Origin: Octopus sinensis
Lineage: Eukaryota
Reading direction: 5' to 3'
NCBI RefSeq assembly: GCF_006345805.1
Contig: NC_043025.1
Span: forward strand, 11,160,001 to 11,224,000
DNA: 64,000 bases
Position numbers and translations under genes: made by a program. Each line of letters starts with the position of its first letter. The stretch's first letter is position 1. Shown piece by piece: positions 22,790 to 35,748 of the stretch. Below the pieces are notes generated by a model. It had not been told where the DNA came from and did no database searches. It saw nothing but the letters and a program-made list of their open reading frames with translations.

Positions 22790-23645
22790 TAGTAAGTAGC
22801 TTGCTTACGAACCACATGTTTCTGGGTTCAGTCCCACCGCGTGGCACCTTGGGCAAGTGTCTTCTACTATAGCCTCGGGCCGACCAAAGCCTTGTGAGTG
22901 GATTTGGTAGAAGGAAACTGAAAGAAGCCCGTCGAATATATGTATATGTATATATATATATGCATATGTGTGTTTGTGTTTGTCCCCCTAGCATTGCTGC
23001 ACAACCGATGCTGGTGTGTTTACGTCCCCGTAACTTAGCGGTTCGGCAAAAGAGACCGATAGAATAAGTACTGGGCTTACAAAAGAATAAGTCCCGTGGT
23101 CGATTTGGTCGACTAAAGGCGGTGCTCCAGCATGGCCGCAGTCAAATGACTGAAACAAGTAAAAGAGTAAAAGGAACATTTTTCACAGAAAACATACGTA
23201 ATGGTCGCGTTGGATTATCTTAAGATCAATAGGCGCAGGATGGCTGTGGGTAAGTAGCGTTGCTAACCAGCACATGGTCCTGGTTCAGTCTCCCACTGCG
23301 TGCATCTTGGCAAGTGTCTTCTACATAGCCCGGGCCGACCAATGCCTTGTGAGTGGATTTGGTAACAGAAACTGAAAGAAGCCTGCCGTATATTGTATAT
23401 ATATATATATATGTGTGTGTGATGTGTGTGTTTGTGTGTCGTGTTTCTCCCCCCCTAGCATTGCTACAACCGATGCTGGTGTGTTTTATGTCCCCGTCGC
23501 TTAGCGGTTCGGCAAAAGAGACCGATAGAATAGATAACTAGGGCTTACAAAAGAATAAGTCCCGGGTCGAGTTGCTCGATTAAAGGTGGTGCTCCCCGCA
23601 TGGCCGCATAAATGACTGAAACAAGTAAATATAAAAGATAAAGAG
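22790..23645 (+). mobile_element. Two SINE family 1 copies (22790-23173, 23229-23645)
   Basis: Family consensus. The second copy is indel-rich and interrupts an 85-bp minisatellite unit. Confidence 0.88.
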
Positions 23646-24278
23646 GACCTATTCGAACAGGTCTGACCTGGGTCTAAAACGTAACAACGATCATAATAAT
23701 GGTCGCGGTTGGATTATCTTAAGATCATAGTACCTATTCGAACAGGCTACCTGGGGCTAAACGTAACAACGACATAAGTATGGTCGCCGTTGGTTATCTT
23801 AAGATCATAGGACCTATTCGATAAAGGGCGCGGGCCTGGCTAACGTAACAACGATCATAAGTAATGGTCGCGGTTGGATTATCTTAAGATCATAGGACCT
23901 TCGAACAGGGCTGGCCTGGGCTAAACGTAACAACGATCATAAGTAATGGTCGCGGTTGGATTATCTTAAGATCATAGGACCTATTCGAACAGGGCGGACC
24001 TGGGGCTAAACGTAACAACGATCATAAGTAATGGTCGCGGTTGGATTATCTTAAGATCATAGGACCTATTCGAACAGGGCTGGCCTGGGCCTAAACGTAA
24101 CAACGATCATAAGTAATGGTCGCGGTTGGATTATCTTAAGATCATAGGACCTATTCGAACAGGGCGGACCTGGGGTTAAACGTAACAACGATCATAAGTA
24201 ATGGTCGCGGTTGGATTATCTTAAGATCATAGGACCTATTCGAACAGGTCTGACCTGGGGCTAAACGTAACAACGATC
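23198..24278. repeat. 85-bp minisatellite (~8 units) interrupted by a SINE
   Basis: Unit GGACCTATTCGAACAGGG...TTATCTTAAGATCATA at 24062, 24147, 24232, etc. Confidence 0.92.
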
Positions 24279-24490
24279 AAAACCGCGTCACCATGGCAAT
24301 AATAAACGACCCCACAAATAACGTACCCACATTTACAAGTTGAGCAACTGTTTTCATCGGGCATTCCTCGAAAAATATCACCTCCGAAATAAATAAATAC
24401 ATAAAAGATCACATAAAACAACGTAGTCTTAGATACATTGTTTACGTATTATTATGGAACGCCTTTGATCACAGGTCAATCCGTCCTGTT

Positions 24491-25236
24491 GGAATGGAAG
24501 CACTCCGTCGGTTACGACGACGAGGGTTCCGGTTGGTCCGAATCAACGGAACAGCCTGCTCGTGAAATTAACGTGTAAGTGGCTGAGCACTCCGCATACA
24601 CGTGTACCCTTAACGTAGTTCTCGGGGGATATTCAGCGTGACACAGAGAGTGACAAGGCCGGCCCTTTGAAATACAGTACAAAAATTGTCGAAGGGTCTT
24701 TCTTGGGCTTCAAAGTAAGGGATAAGAGAAAATATGACGTGGACGAACATAAGGTTTGTGTCAGCAAGAGCACCCAGGTATATATGATTTAACAATATTA
24801 TATACCTAGGATATCCAGGCCTATGATAAACATCACTTCTTTGATTTTGAAAGACCTTTAGGAAGAATGGCATTCCCTCAAGAGGCTATGGATGTTACGA
24901 CGACTAGGGTTCCGGTTGATCCGAATCAACGGAACAGCTGCTCGTGAAATTAACGTGCAAGTGGCTGAGCACTCCACAGACACGTGTACCCTTAACGTAG
25001 TTCTCGGGGATATTCAGCGTGACACAAGAGTGACAAGGCCGACCCTTTGAAATACAGGTACAAGAACAGGAACTAAGAGTGGAGTGAGAGAAAGTTGTGG
25101 TGAAAGAATACAGCAGGATCACCACCATCCCCTGCCGGAGCCTCGTGGAGCTTTAAGGTTTTTCGCTCAATAAACACTCACAACGCCCGGTCTGGGAATC
25201 GAAACCGTGATCCTATGACCGCGAGTGCGCTGCCCT
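24491..25236 (-). mobile_element. Composite SINE, copy 3 (5'-truncated)
   Basis: Same architecture, insert 24682-24893. TSD ATCCGTC(C/G)TGTT. Confidence 0.85.
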
Positions 25237-25858
25237 ATCCGTCGTGTTAGAAGAAGGATCGTTGGTGACTCGGGGTTAAAAAGAAAAAAAGAGCCATATT
25301 TAATGGTTATATAACAGACACGTTTTTTGCAAAAAACCCCACCCACAAGGTCTCACAGAAACCACCCTGGGTCCTATATGCGATGCTGGGCTTTCATGCA
25401 TTAAAACCATTTTTCTTTCTAAATGCGCCGGAATGTATTCAATACACACCGTTTATGACCACAGAAAAGGTATGGAGAAACAAAGGCATAACTACATAAA
25501 TGTGCCCCGAGGGCATATTTACACAAGCGTGCCCCACTCTTGATTTTTGTTTCTTTATAACTTCTGGGGAGTTGCATATTTTTTAATGAAATTTACTACA
25601 AATACGCTTCGGGTGGTGTAGATTCTCACTGCATTGAAACGTTTTGTGATGAAATTTTTTCGAAGGTGTGGCGAGGAGTTTCGGATAATTCACACGGGTT
25701 GGCTTGTTGCCTCATAGCATTCAGAAAAGTGGGTATTTTTTTAATGAATTTGTCTACGAATACTTTTCAGAGTGTGTAACTTACGATTATATTGGAATCT
25801 GATGTGAAAAGAAAAATAGTGAGAACACACACACACACACGAAACATACTGACACCCA

Positions 25859-26075
25859 TTCTCTTTACTCTCTTACTTGTTTCAGTCATTTGACTGCGGC
25901 CATGCTGGAACATAGTCTTTAGTCGAGCAAATCGACCCCAGGACTTATTCTTTGTAAGCCTAGTACTTATTCTATCGGTCTCTTTGGCCGAACCGTTAAG
26001 TTATGGGGACGTAAACACACCAGCATCTGTTGTCAAGCGATTCTGGGGGCGACAAACACAGACACACAAACATAT

Positions 26076-26112
<37 letters not shown>

Positions 26113-26200
26113 CACATATGTACGACAGGCTTCTTTCAGTTTCCGTCTACCAAATCCATCAACAAGGCTTCAGTTGGCCCAAGGCTATAGTAGAAGACAT
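25859..26200 (-). mobile_element. SINE family 1, 5'-truncated
   Basis: Family consensus. Confidence 0.85.
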
Positions 26201-26377
26201 ATATGTATATATATGTGTATATATATGTGTGTATATATGTGTGTATATATATATGTGTATGTATATATGTGTGTATATATATATGTGTATATATATATGT
26301 ATATATATATATGTGTATATATACATATATGTATATATACATTATGTATATATACATATAATTACACACATATATAT

Positions 26378-26460
<83 letters not shown>

Positions 26461-26628
26461 TATATGAGAGGTATGAGAGAGAGAGAGAGAGAGAAAGAGA
26501 GCAGACTATTGGATGGTGTTTTACATTGGTGGTTATGATGAGTTCTGCATTCTTTTAGCTAGGGCAGCAGTTTGAAGGGAGGAGCCAACTGACAATAACA
26601 ACAAGAAGAACATACATGTTCTACTTAC

Positions 26629-26740
26629 TCGTTTGGTAGGTGTTTCGCATGCAGCACCGTAATAACACTGGAGCCAATGTCGGAATCATGAGAAATCAAA
26701 GATCGAAGATTTTTGTTACGAGATCGTCGCAAGGAATTTT
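26629..26740 (-). CDS. ELMOD2: ELMOD1/2-like coding exon 2
   Basis: Acceptor tgtgtttcag, donor |gtaagt, 112 nt, phase 1 to 2. Encodes (E)NSLRRSRNKNLRSLISHDSDIGSSVITVLHAKHLPN(E), cf. ELMOD2 ENSLTYSKNK. Confidence 0.88.
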
Positions 26741-26849
26741 CTGAAACACAGAACATAAAAAAGCAACAGTAAAACTTGTGCAATAATGAACATCCGTCAT
26801 CATAATCATCATCATCATCGTTAACACCATCACCAGTCGAACCAATTCG

Positions 26850-27525
26850 TTAACACAGTTGAACCAATTCGTTAAAACAGTCGAACCAGTTCTACTCTGT
26901 GGCTCAGAAACCTGGATGTTATCAAAGAAGCTTGAGAGGCGGTTGGATGGAACTTACACTCGCCTCCTTATGAGAGCTCAAAATCTCTCGTGGAAGCGTC
27001 ATCCAAGCAAAGTACAAATATATGGTAAATTACCACCTGTATCATCTCAGAGCCATAGATTGCAGGGTTGTTGAGATTTCAAACTTGAAATCTTCAAAGC
27101 CACAGTTGAACCAATTCTACTATATGGCTCAGAAACCTGGATGTTATCAAAGAAGCTTGAGAGGTGGTTGGATGGAACTTACACTCGCCTCCTTATGAGA
27201 GCTCAAAATCTCTCGTGGAAGCATCATCCAACCAAAGTACAAATATATGGAAAACTACCACCTGTATCATCTCTTGTGAAAGGTAGGAGAGTCCAGTTTG
27301 CTGGACATTGTTGTAGAGCTGAAAACGAGGTAACATCTGCTCCTCTTCCCTGGAAGCCATCTACTCGCGATACCAGAGGGCTCACACTCTCCTACCCTGA
27401 AGTAATCTCCAGGGATACAGGCATCCAGCAACAGGACCTCAGTAACGCTATGATGGACCGTGAAGTCTGGCGTAGCAGAGTAAATTCCATTGTCTCGACC
27501 ACGGTCGAACAATGATGATGATGAT
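26850..27525 (+). mobile_element. RTE-like LINE C-terminal fragment with internal duplication
   Basis: VEPVLLYGSETWMLSKKLERRLDGTYTRLLMRAQN...RRVQFAGHC, with (TGA)n tail. Confidence 0.85.
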
Positions 27526-27894
27526 CACCACCTCAATTTGGCATCTGTCAATTTAGTCACAAAGACAGTTTGTCATCAGTCAATCAGCCATAACCTGCCT
27601 TAATGAATTCTGACAAACGCATGCAGGTATGGAAAAAAATGGAAGCTAGAATGATGAGGAATGATATGATGCATACATACATATAGGTGTAGGAGTGGCT
27701 GTGTGGTAAGTAGCTTACTTACCAACCACATGGTTCCGGGTTCAGTCCCACTGCGTGGCACCTTGGGCAAGTGTCTTCTACTATAGCCTCGGGCCGACCA
27801 AAGCCTTTTGAGTGGATTTGGTAGACGGAAACTGAAAGAAGCCCGTCGTATATATGTATGTATATATATATGTATGTATGTATATATATATGTG

Positions 27895-27939
<45 letters not shown>

Positions 27940-28159
27940 TCTCTCTCTTTCAGAGAGGTACAAGCATCTACACACACATATACATACACGGCTGTAACTT
28001 CCGCCTACCGAATTCAATGACAAAGCTTCGGTCAGCTCGGGGCTATAGTAGAAGACACCTGCCCAATGTGCCATGCAGTGGGACTGAACCTGAAACCATG
28101 TAGCTAGGAAGGAAGCTCCTTAACCACACGGCCATGCCCGCGCACACACACACATACGA

Positions 28160-28685
28160 AGAATTGGATGCAATGTGCAAGAGAGAGGAACACGCTGGTC
28201 TGGTCGTGTGATGTGGACAGATGCTGACAGTTCTATAAAGAAGTGCCGATCTCTCGAAATGGATGAAACTCATGGAAGAGGGAGACCCAGGAAGACATGG
28301 GATGAAGTAGTGAAGAACAACTTCAGGATGTTGAACCTTTTGGATGAGATGAAAAAGGACCGAGATACCTAGTGCCTTACTGTACCCAAGAAGACCTGCC
28401 CCGCTCAGGAGAAGTGCTAATGCCAGTCCCCACTGGTAAAGAGGATTGTCCAGCAAGATCCCAGTGCCGGTGCCATATATCAAGGCACTTGAGCTAGTAA
28501 CATGTAGAAATCCTTGTGCTGGTGCCACATTAAAAGCACACAGCACACTGTAAAGGGGTTGGCATTAGGAAGGGCATTCAGTCATAGAAACCAAGCCAAA
28601 TCAGACTGGAACCTGGTACAGCTATCTTGCTTGCCTGCCCTGGTCAAACCGTTCAACCTATGGCAGTATGGAGAATGGACGTTAA

Positions 28686-28717
<32 letters not shown>

Positions 28718-28720
28718 ATG
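28160..28720 (+). mobile_element. RTE LINE 3' end
   Basis: ...GRGRPRKTWDEVVK...DRD, 3' UTR with TTAGGAAGGGCAT and GGACGTTAAA(TGA)n tail. Confidence 0.8.
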
Positions 28721-29252
28721 TAGAGGCAGTAAGGAAGACAAACACAATTAGTCTTGAGACATATATTTACACGGAGAACAAAATACAGATTGTAAGACAA
28801 AGGGCAATTATGTGAAGTCTCATCTCAACAGCTGTTTCGAGATGGCCATAGCTTACGTAATAATCATATTCGTAAGTAATACATGCATGATGTCATAGAT
28901 GTGTCACCAGAAACCAGTCCAAATGAAATTGTTAAAAAAATTTAGACCCCACTTTTCAAGAATAAAATGGCATATATTTGACAGAGAGTACGTGAATTTT
29001 CTTACCAAATTTCCGTGTAGTCCTGGCGCCAGGTTGGCTCTTTTACACGGAGAACAAAATACAGATCGTAACACAAAGGGCAATTATGTGAAGTCTCATC
29101 TCAACAGCTGTTTCGAGATGGCCATAGCCATAGCTTACGTAATAATCATATTCGTAAGTAATATATGCATGATGTCATAGATGTGTGACCAGAAACCAGT
29201 CCAGATGAAATTGTTAAAAAAATTTAGACCCCACTTTTCAAGAATAAAATGG

Positions 29253-29665
29253 CATAGGCGCAGGAGTGGCTGTGTGGTAAGTAGCTTGCTAACCAACTAC
29301 ATGGTTCCGGGTTCAGTCCCACTGCGTGGCATCTTGGGCAGTGTCTTCTGCTATAGCCTGGGCCGACCAATGCCTTGTGAGTGGATTTGGTAGAGAGAAA
29401 CTGAAAGAAACGCCTGTCGTATATATGTATAATGTATATATATATATGTGTGTGTTTGGGTGTGGTTGTCCCCTAGCATTGCTTGACAACCGATGCTTGG
29501 GTTGTTTATGTTCCCGTCACTTAGCGGTCGGCAAAGAGAGACCGATAGAATAAGTACTGGGCTTACAAAGAATAAGTCCCGGGGTCAATTTGCTCGACTA
29601 AAGGCGGTGCTCCAGCATGGCCGCAGTCAAATGGCTGAAACAAGTAAAAGAGAAAGAGAGAAAGA
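29253..29665 (+). mobile_element. SINE family 1 in ELMOD intron 1
   Basis: Full-length, about 35 bp from the exon 1 donor. Confidence 0.88.
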
Positions 29666-29701
29666 GAATATCTTTGACGGAGAATACGTGAATTTTCTTA
29701 C

Positions 29702-29855
29702 CAAATTTCCGTGTGGTCCTGGCGCCAGGTTGGCTCTTGTCAAGAATCCTCTGAAGCTCACTCTTTCCTGTCATTCTCCGCATGTACAGTTTGAAAATGA
29801 GCCGAATGTTGTTGGTGAGAAAACAAAACAAACGATAACAAAGTTGGAAAAACAT
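29702..29855 (-). CDS. ELMOD2: ELMO domain-containing protein (ELMOD1/2-like), coding exon 1
   Basis: ATG at 29855 gives MFFQLCYRLFCFLTNNIRLIFKLYMRRMTGKSELQRILDKSQPGARTTRKF, matching the ELMOD1/2 N-terminal motif RQMTGKCELQRI. Ends at donor TTTG|GTAAGA (154 nt, phase 1). The ELMOD1 vs ELMOD2 assignment cannot be resolved by eye. Confidence 0.92.
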
Positions 29856-29895
29856 TTTGGTAAAGATCACAGCTCAGAGCTCACAGAAAGTAGTC

Positions 29896-29967
29896 ACCGG
29901 AAGTTTCGTAAGGGGGAGGTCACTCTGTGTCGACCGTCGATTTATGTATTCTTATTTCTTAACCAAT
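29896..29967 (-). promoter_or_regulatory. Probable ELMOD proximal promoter (ETS site and CCAAT box)
   Basis: ACCGGAAGT at 29896-29904 and CCAAT at 29963-29967, 40-110 bp upstream of the ATG in non-repeat sequence. Confidence 0.5.
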
Positions 29968-30152
29968 CACCTGCCACTGCTCACCTGAAATGGACCAAAG
30001 ATAAGTATATACATGACTGTGTGTGTGTATAAGAATTTTTTGCATAAGATTAAAAAAACCCAAGGCTGTGTAGATATTAGAGCATTTATAGATAGAAGGT
30101 CTTACAGCTGTTTCTAGGATTTGGTAGACAGAAACTGAAAGAAGCCCATCGT

Positions 30153-30318
30153 TTTTTCTCTCCGTGTTTCTTTTCTGTGTATCTTTCTGTTGAAGAGCGT
30201 AGGCTCGAAACGTAAAAGACTTGTTTTATTTCTATTCCTGAGCGCCATACTAATACAATTGTTTGTTTGTACTCCACCTGCCTTCGTCTTTTGTTTATTT
30301 TCATAAAGCTTCCCGTTA
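30153..30318 (+). mobile_element. Penelope-like pLTR fragment inserted in a SINE microsatellite
   Basis: Contains a hammerhead-like motif, T-rich end, sits between the two halves of a family 1 SINE. Confidence 0.6.
30182..30219 (+). ncRNA. Minimal type I hammerhead ribozyme-like motif (variant core)
   Basis: TCTTT-CTGTTGAA-GAGC gtag GCTC-GAAA-CG-TA-AAAGA: helix I, helix II, palindromic ACGT helix III, GUA triplet. Confidence 0.55.
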
Positions 30319-30789
30319 TATATATATATGTATGTGTGTGTATATGTTTGTGTGTCTGTGTTTGTCTACCCCAACATCGCTTGACAACCGATGCTGGTGT
30401 GTTTACATCCCCGTAACTTAGCAGTTCGGCAAAAGAGAATAAGTACCAGGCTTACAAAGAATAAGTCCTGGGGTCGATTTGCTCGACTAAAGGGGTGCTC
30501 CAGCATGGCCACAGCCAAACGACTGAAACAAGTAAAAGAGTAAAAGAGATAGGTATTGTGATAATAATAACCAGGTGTAGAACTCAATACATGCATGCTT
30601 ATGAACAAAGTGTTAGTCGAGTACAGAGCGGTAATAAGCAATTAATAATAAAAGGCAATAATTGAGTATGTTACGATCTTCATTAGCTCCTCACAGCTGT
30701 TTCTTGTATGAGATGAGATGGATTTAATTGATGTAATTGATTCCACTGCACTTCATAGAGGAAACAGCCATGGGCTAATGAAGTTTATA

Positions 30790-31755
30790 AGACAGACAGA
30801 CAGAAAGACAGGCAGGCAGGCAGGTAGATAGATATATAGATAGATAGATAGATAGATGGATGGATGGATGGATGGATGGGTGGATGGATGGATGGATAGG
30901 TGGGTGGATGGATGGATGGATAGATAGATAGGAACGTAGATAGATAGACAGGTAGATAGATAGGTAGATAGATAGGTAGACAGATAGGTAGAGATTGATA
31001 TGGATAGGTGTAGACAGAGAGAGAGAGAGAGAGAAAGATAGAGAGATAGATAGACAGACAGACAGATAGAGATAGATATAGATAGATAGACAGATAGACA
31101 GATAGATAGAGATAGCTAGATAGATAGACAGATAAATAGAGATAGATATGGATAGGTGGAAATAGAGAGAGAGTGATAGATAGATAGATAGATAGATAGA
31201 AATATAAAGAGAATAAATATATCCAAGTATGTTAATGCTGACTTTACTACTTTGTCTTCGCGCAGAGTGTGTCCCTGGAAATTTTTCCCCTTGGTTATCC
31301 GTTTATCTGTCATTTATCTGATCAGCCTGTCTATCCTGGTTGTCTATCCTTCCCTCTTTTGCCTCAGAGACAGCATGTGTAGTAATAACAGTGGGAATAG
31401 AGGTGGTGGTAGTGACAGTAGTAGTAATAATGGTGGAGGTAGTAGTAATAGTAGTAGCAGTAGTGGTAATAGTAGTAGTATTGGTGGTGGTAATAATAAC
31501 AGTAGTGATTGTAGTAGTATTAGTAATGGTGGTGGTACCAGTAGTAATAGTGGTGGCAGTGGTAATACTAATAGTAGTGATTGTAGAAGTAGTGGTGGTG
31601 ATGGTGTTAGTAGTAGTAGTAGTAGTAGCAACAGCAGCAATGGTGGTGGTGGTGGTGATGGTGTGATGGTGGTTGTAATAGTGGTAGTAGAATAATAGTA
31701 GTGGTAATAGTAATAGTAGTGATTGTAGTAGTAGTGGTGGTAGTAGTAGTAGTAA

Positions 31756-31787
<32 letters not shown>

Positions 31788-34408
31788 ATAGTAGTAGTAG
31801 TAGTAGTAGTAGCAGCAGCAGTAGCAGCAGCAATGGTGGTGGTGGTGGTGATGATGATGTGATGGTGGTTGTAATAGTGGTAGTAGAAATGGTGGTGGTG
31901 GTGGTGGTGGTGGTGGTGGTGATAGTAAGGGTTAGGGTGGAGGAGAAAGAGATGGGAGCAGATAAGGGACAGAGGCTGGGAACCATGGAAAGGAATGATG
32001 GAGAAGGGGGTGGGGTGGGGTGGAGGGAGAGGGGGCGGGATGTGAGGGGGGGCGATCGGGGGGGTTAGAGTGGGGGTGGGTGTTTAAGGTTTAGCTTAGA
32101 TGATGGGCCAGGGTTGCTGTGGCTGTCCCCAATGGTATGTCCCTCTGTCACAAGGGAACAGAGGGATAATTGATGTGCAATTAGAATATGTCCCGTGTGT
32201 TTGGGGAGGGAGGGAGAAAGAGAAAGAGAGAGAGAGACAGAGAGAGACAGAACGAAAGAGGGAGGAAGCAAAGAGAGAGACAAAGAAACAGAGAGAGAGA
32301 GAAAGAGAAAGATAGACAGACAGAGAGAGAGGGGACAGAGAAAGACAGAGAGAGAAAGAGAAAGACTAAGAGAGATATGCAACAAACAGAGAGACAGATG
32401 AAGACAAAGAGAGAGAGAGAGAGAGAATCAAAAAGGAAAAGACAAAAAAAAAGTTGACAGAGAGAAACACACACATACATGGACATACATTCATACAGAG
32501 CTGGGGGATGGGGGCAAAGGCACAGAGAAAGAGAGACAAACAGACAGACAGACAGAGACATTTGATGTCTGATGATCTAATTGATTGGGAAAAAAAAACA
32601 AACAAAAACCTTGTTACTATGGAGATGATGACAATGATGAATTATGACCAACAGGTACACACGCATATATATATATATACATATATATACATACATATAT
32701 ATATAGACATAGAATACATACATATACATACATACATACATACATTATACATATATACAACATATATATATACATATATACATACATATATATATACATA
32801 CATATATATACATATATACACACATATATATATATACATATATACACACATATATATACATATATACACACATATATATATACATATATACACACAATAT
32901 TATATACATATATACACAAATATATATATATACATATATACATACATATATATATAAATATATTATACATACATATTATATACATACATACATATATAGA
33001 CATACATACATACATATATATACATATATACATACATGCACATACATATATATATACATACATATATATATACATATATACATACATGCACATACATATA
33101 TATATACATACATATATATATACATATATACATACATGCACATACATATATATATACATACATATATATATACATATATACATACATACACATACATATA
33201 TATATACATACATATATATATACATATATACATACATATATATATACATATATACATACATACACATATATACATACATACACACACATACACACACATA
33301 TACACACACACATATACATACATACACACACATATATACATACATCCACACACACACATATATACATACATCCACACACACATATATACATACATACACA
33401 CATATATACATACATCCACACACACATATATACATACATACATCCACACACACATATATACATACATCCACACACACACATATATACATACAAACATCCA
33501 CACACATATACATACATACACACATATATACACACATACATCCACACACATATATACATACGCACATATTGATTACTGAGACAGTATGTGACTAATGTAT
33601 TATTTGTACTAGACTAACCATAACCAGCTTACTACTACTACTACTGCTACTACTACTACTACTACAGTAATTAATGCTATCACCACCAGTACTACTACTA
33701 CTACTACTACTGCAAAAGGGGAGACAAGGACAGACAGATAGAAAGAAAGATATATGTAGAGATACAGGCAAAGAGAGAAAGACCATCAGAGAGAGGAGAT
33801 AAAGAGACTGATAAACTGAGAGAGGGTGAGAGAGAGAGAGAGAGAGAGAGAAGTAGACTATGAAGATCAGAGAGAGAGACATGAGAAAAAATTAGAGAGA
33901 GAGAGAGAGAGATAGTGACACATCAAGGGTAGAGAAAGAGAGAGAGAAGAGACAAGTCGATAGATAGAGAGTGAAGACTATGGTGAGATAAAGAGAGTGA
34001 ATGAGAGAGAGAAGGGGAGACATAGAATAAAAGAGAAAGAGAGATAGAGAGGGAATGAAAGAGAAAGAGAGACAGAGCAGAAAGAGAGAAAAAGAGAAAA
34101 AAGTGAGAGAAGGAAAGAGAGAGAAGGGGAGAAAGAAAGAGACAGAGAGAGAGAAAGAAAGAGAGAACAAGTGAGAGAAGGAAAGAGACAAGGAGAGAAG
34201 GAAAGAGACAAGGAGAGAGGGAAGGGGAGAGAAGGGGAGAAAGAAAGAGACAGAGAGAGAGAGAAAGAAAGAGAAAAAGAGACAGAGAGAGGGAGATAGA
34301 AAGAGAGAGAAGAGGAAAAAGAGAGAAAGAAAGAAAGAAGAGAGAAAGAGAGAGGGAGAGAGAGAGGAGATAGAAAGAGAAGGAGAGAGAGAGGAGAGAG
34401 AAAGAGAA

Positions 34409-34445
<37 letters not shown>

Positions 34446-34450
34446 TCAGG
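30790..34450. repeat. Compound microsatellite block: (GATA)n, (GTA/GGT)n, (GA)n, (CATA/TA)n
   Basis: Low-complexity tracts that generate spurious ORFs. Confidence 0.9.
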
Positions 34451-34542
34451 ATGGGAAGATAAGATAAACCCCCAGTACAAAACTTCTGATATCCAATGAG
34501 TCAAGTCAGATGCTAGAGAGGGCCTCTGATTCACCCACAAAC

Positions 34543-35280
34543 ATCATCATCATCATCGTTTAACGACCATTTTTCCATGCTGGCATGGGTTGGACGGTTC
34601 AACTGGGGTCTGGGAAGCCAGAAGGCTGCACCAGGCTCCAGTCTGATCTGGCAGTGTTTCTACAGCTGGATGCCCTTCCTAACACCAACCACTCCGTGAG
34701 TGTAGTGGGTGCTTTTTATGTGCCACCGGTGCACAGGTGCCAGATGAGGCTGGCAGACGGCCACGATCGGATGGTGCTTTTTACGTGCCACTGGCATGGG
34801 GACCAGATGGGGTTGGCAAACGGCCACGATCGGATGGTGCTTTTTACGTGCCACCGGCAAGGAGGCCAGACGAGGCTGGCAAACGGCCACGATCGGATGG
34901 TGCTTTTTACATTCCACTGGCACGGGGGCCAGATGAGGCTGGCAAACAGTCACGATCGGATGGTGCTTTTTATGTGCCACCGGCACGGAGGCCAGATGAG
35001 GCTGCCAACGGCCACAATCGGATGGTGCTTTTTATGTGCCACCGGCACGGAGGCCAGATGAGGCTGGCAAACGGCCATGATCGGATGGTGCTTTTTACGT
35101 GCCACCGGCACGGAGGCCAGATGAGGCTGGCAAACGACCACAATCGGATGGTGCTTTTTACATGCCACCGACACGGAGGCCACTTGGGGCAGCGCTGGCA
35201 ACGACCACATTCGGATGGTTCTCTTACGTGCCACCGGCACTGGTATCACAGCTACGATTTCCATTGATGTTGATCGATTT
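34543..35280 (-). mobile_element. RTE-tail element with ~7 x 63-bp tandem repeat
   Basis: Same 3' tail as 28160-28720, unit starts at 34741, 34804, 34867... Confidence 0.85.
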
Positions 35281-35324
35281 CGATAACACATCATAATTAT
35301 CATCATCATCATAATTTATATATC

Positions 35325-35540
35325 TTTCTCTCTTTTACTTGTTTCAGTCATTTGACTGCGGCCATGCTGGAGCACTGCCTTTAGTCGAGCAAATCGACCC
35401 CGGGGCTTATTCTTTGTAAGCCCAGTACTTATTCTATCGGTCTCTTTTGCCGAACCGCTAAGTGACGGGGACATAAACACACCAGCATCGGTTGTCAAGC
35501 AATGCTAGGGGGACAAACACAGACACACAAACACACACAC

Positions 35541-35577
<37 letters not shown>

Positions 35578-35748
35578 CATACATACGACAGGCTTCTTTC
35601 AGTTTCCATCTACCAAATTCACTCACAAGGCCTTGGTTGGCCCGGGGCTATAGTAGAAGACACTTGCCCAAGATGCCACGCAGTGGGACTGAAATCGGAA
35701 CCATGTGGTTCATAAGCAAACTACTTACCACACAGCCACTCCTGCACC
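35325..35748 (-). mobile_element. SINE family 1
   Basis: Full-length match. Confidence 0.9.

Noticed and set aside
23645-24278. Possible ribozyme or CRISPR array in the 85-bp repeat
   Set aside because: No unique spacers and no CTGANGA/GAAA core on either strand.
31252-34540. Long Ser/Gly, poly-Thr/Leu, Tyr-Ile and Leu-Ser ORFs
   Set aside because: Simple tri-, di- and tetranucleotide repeats.
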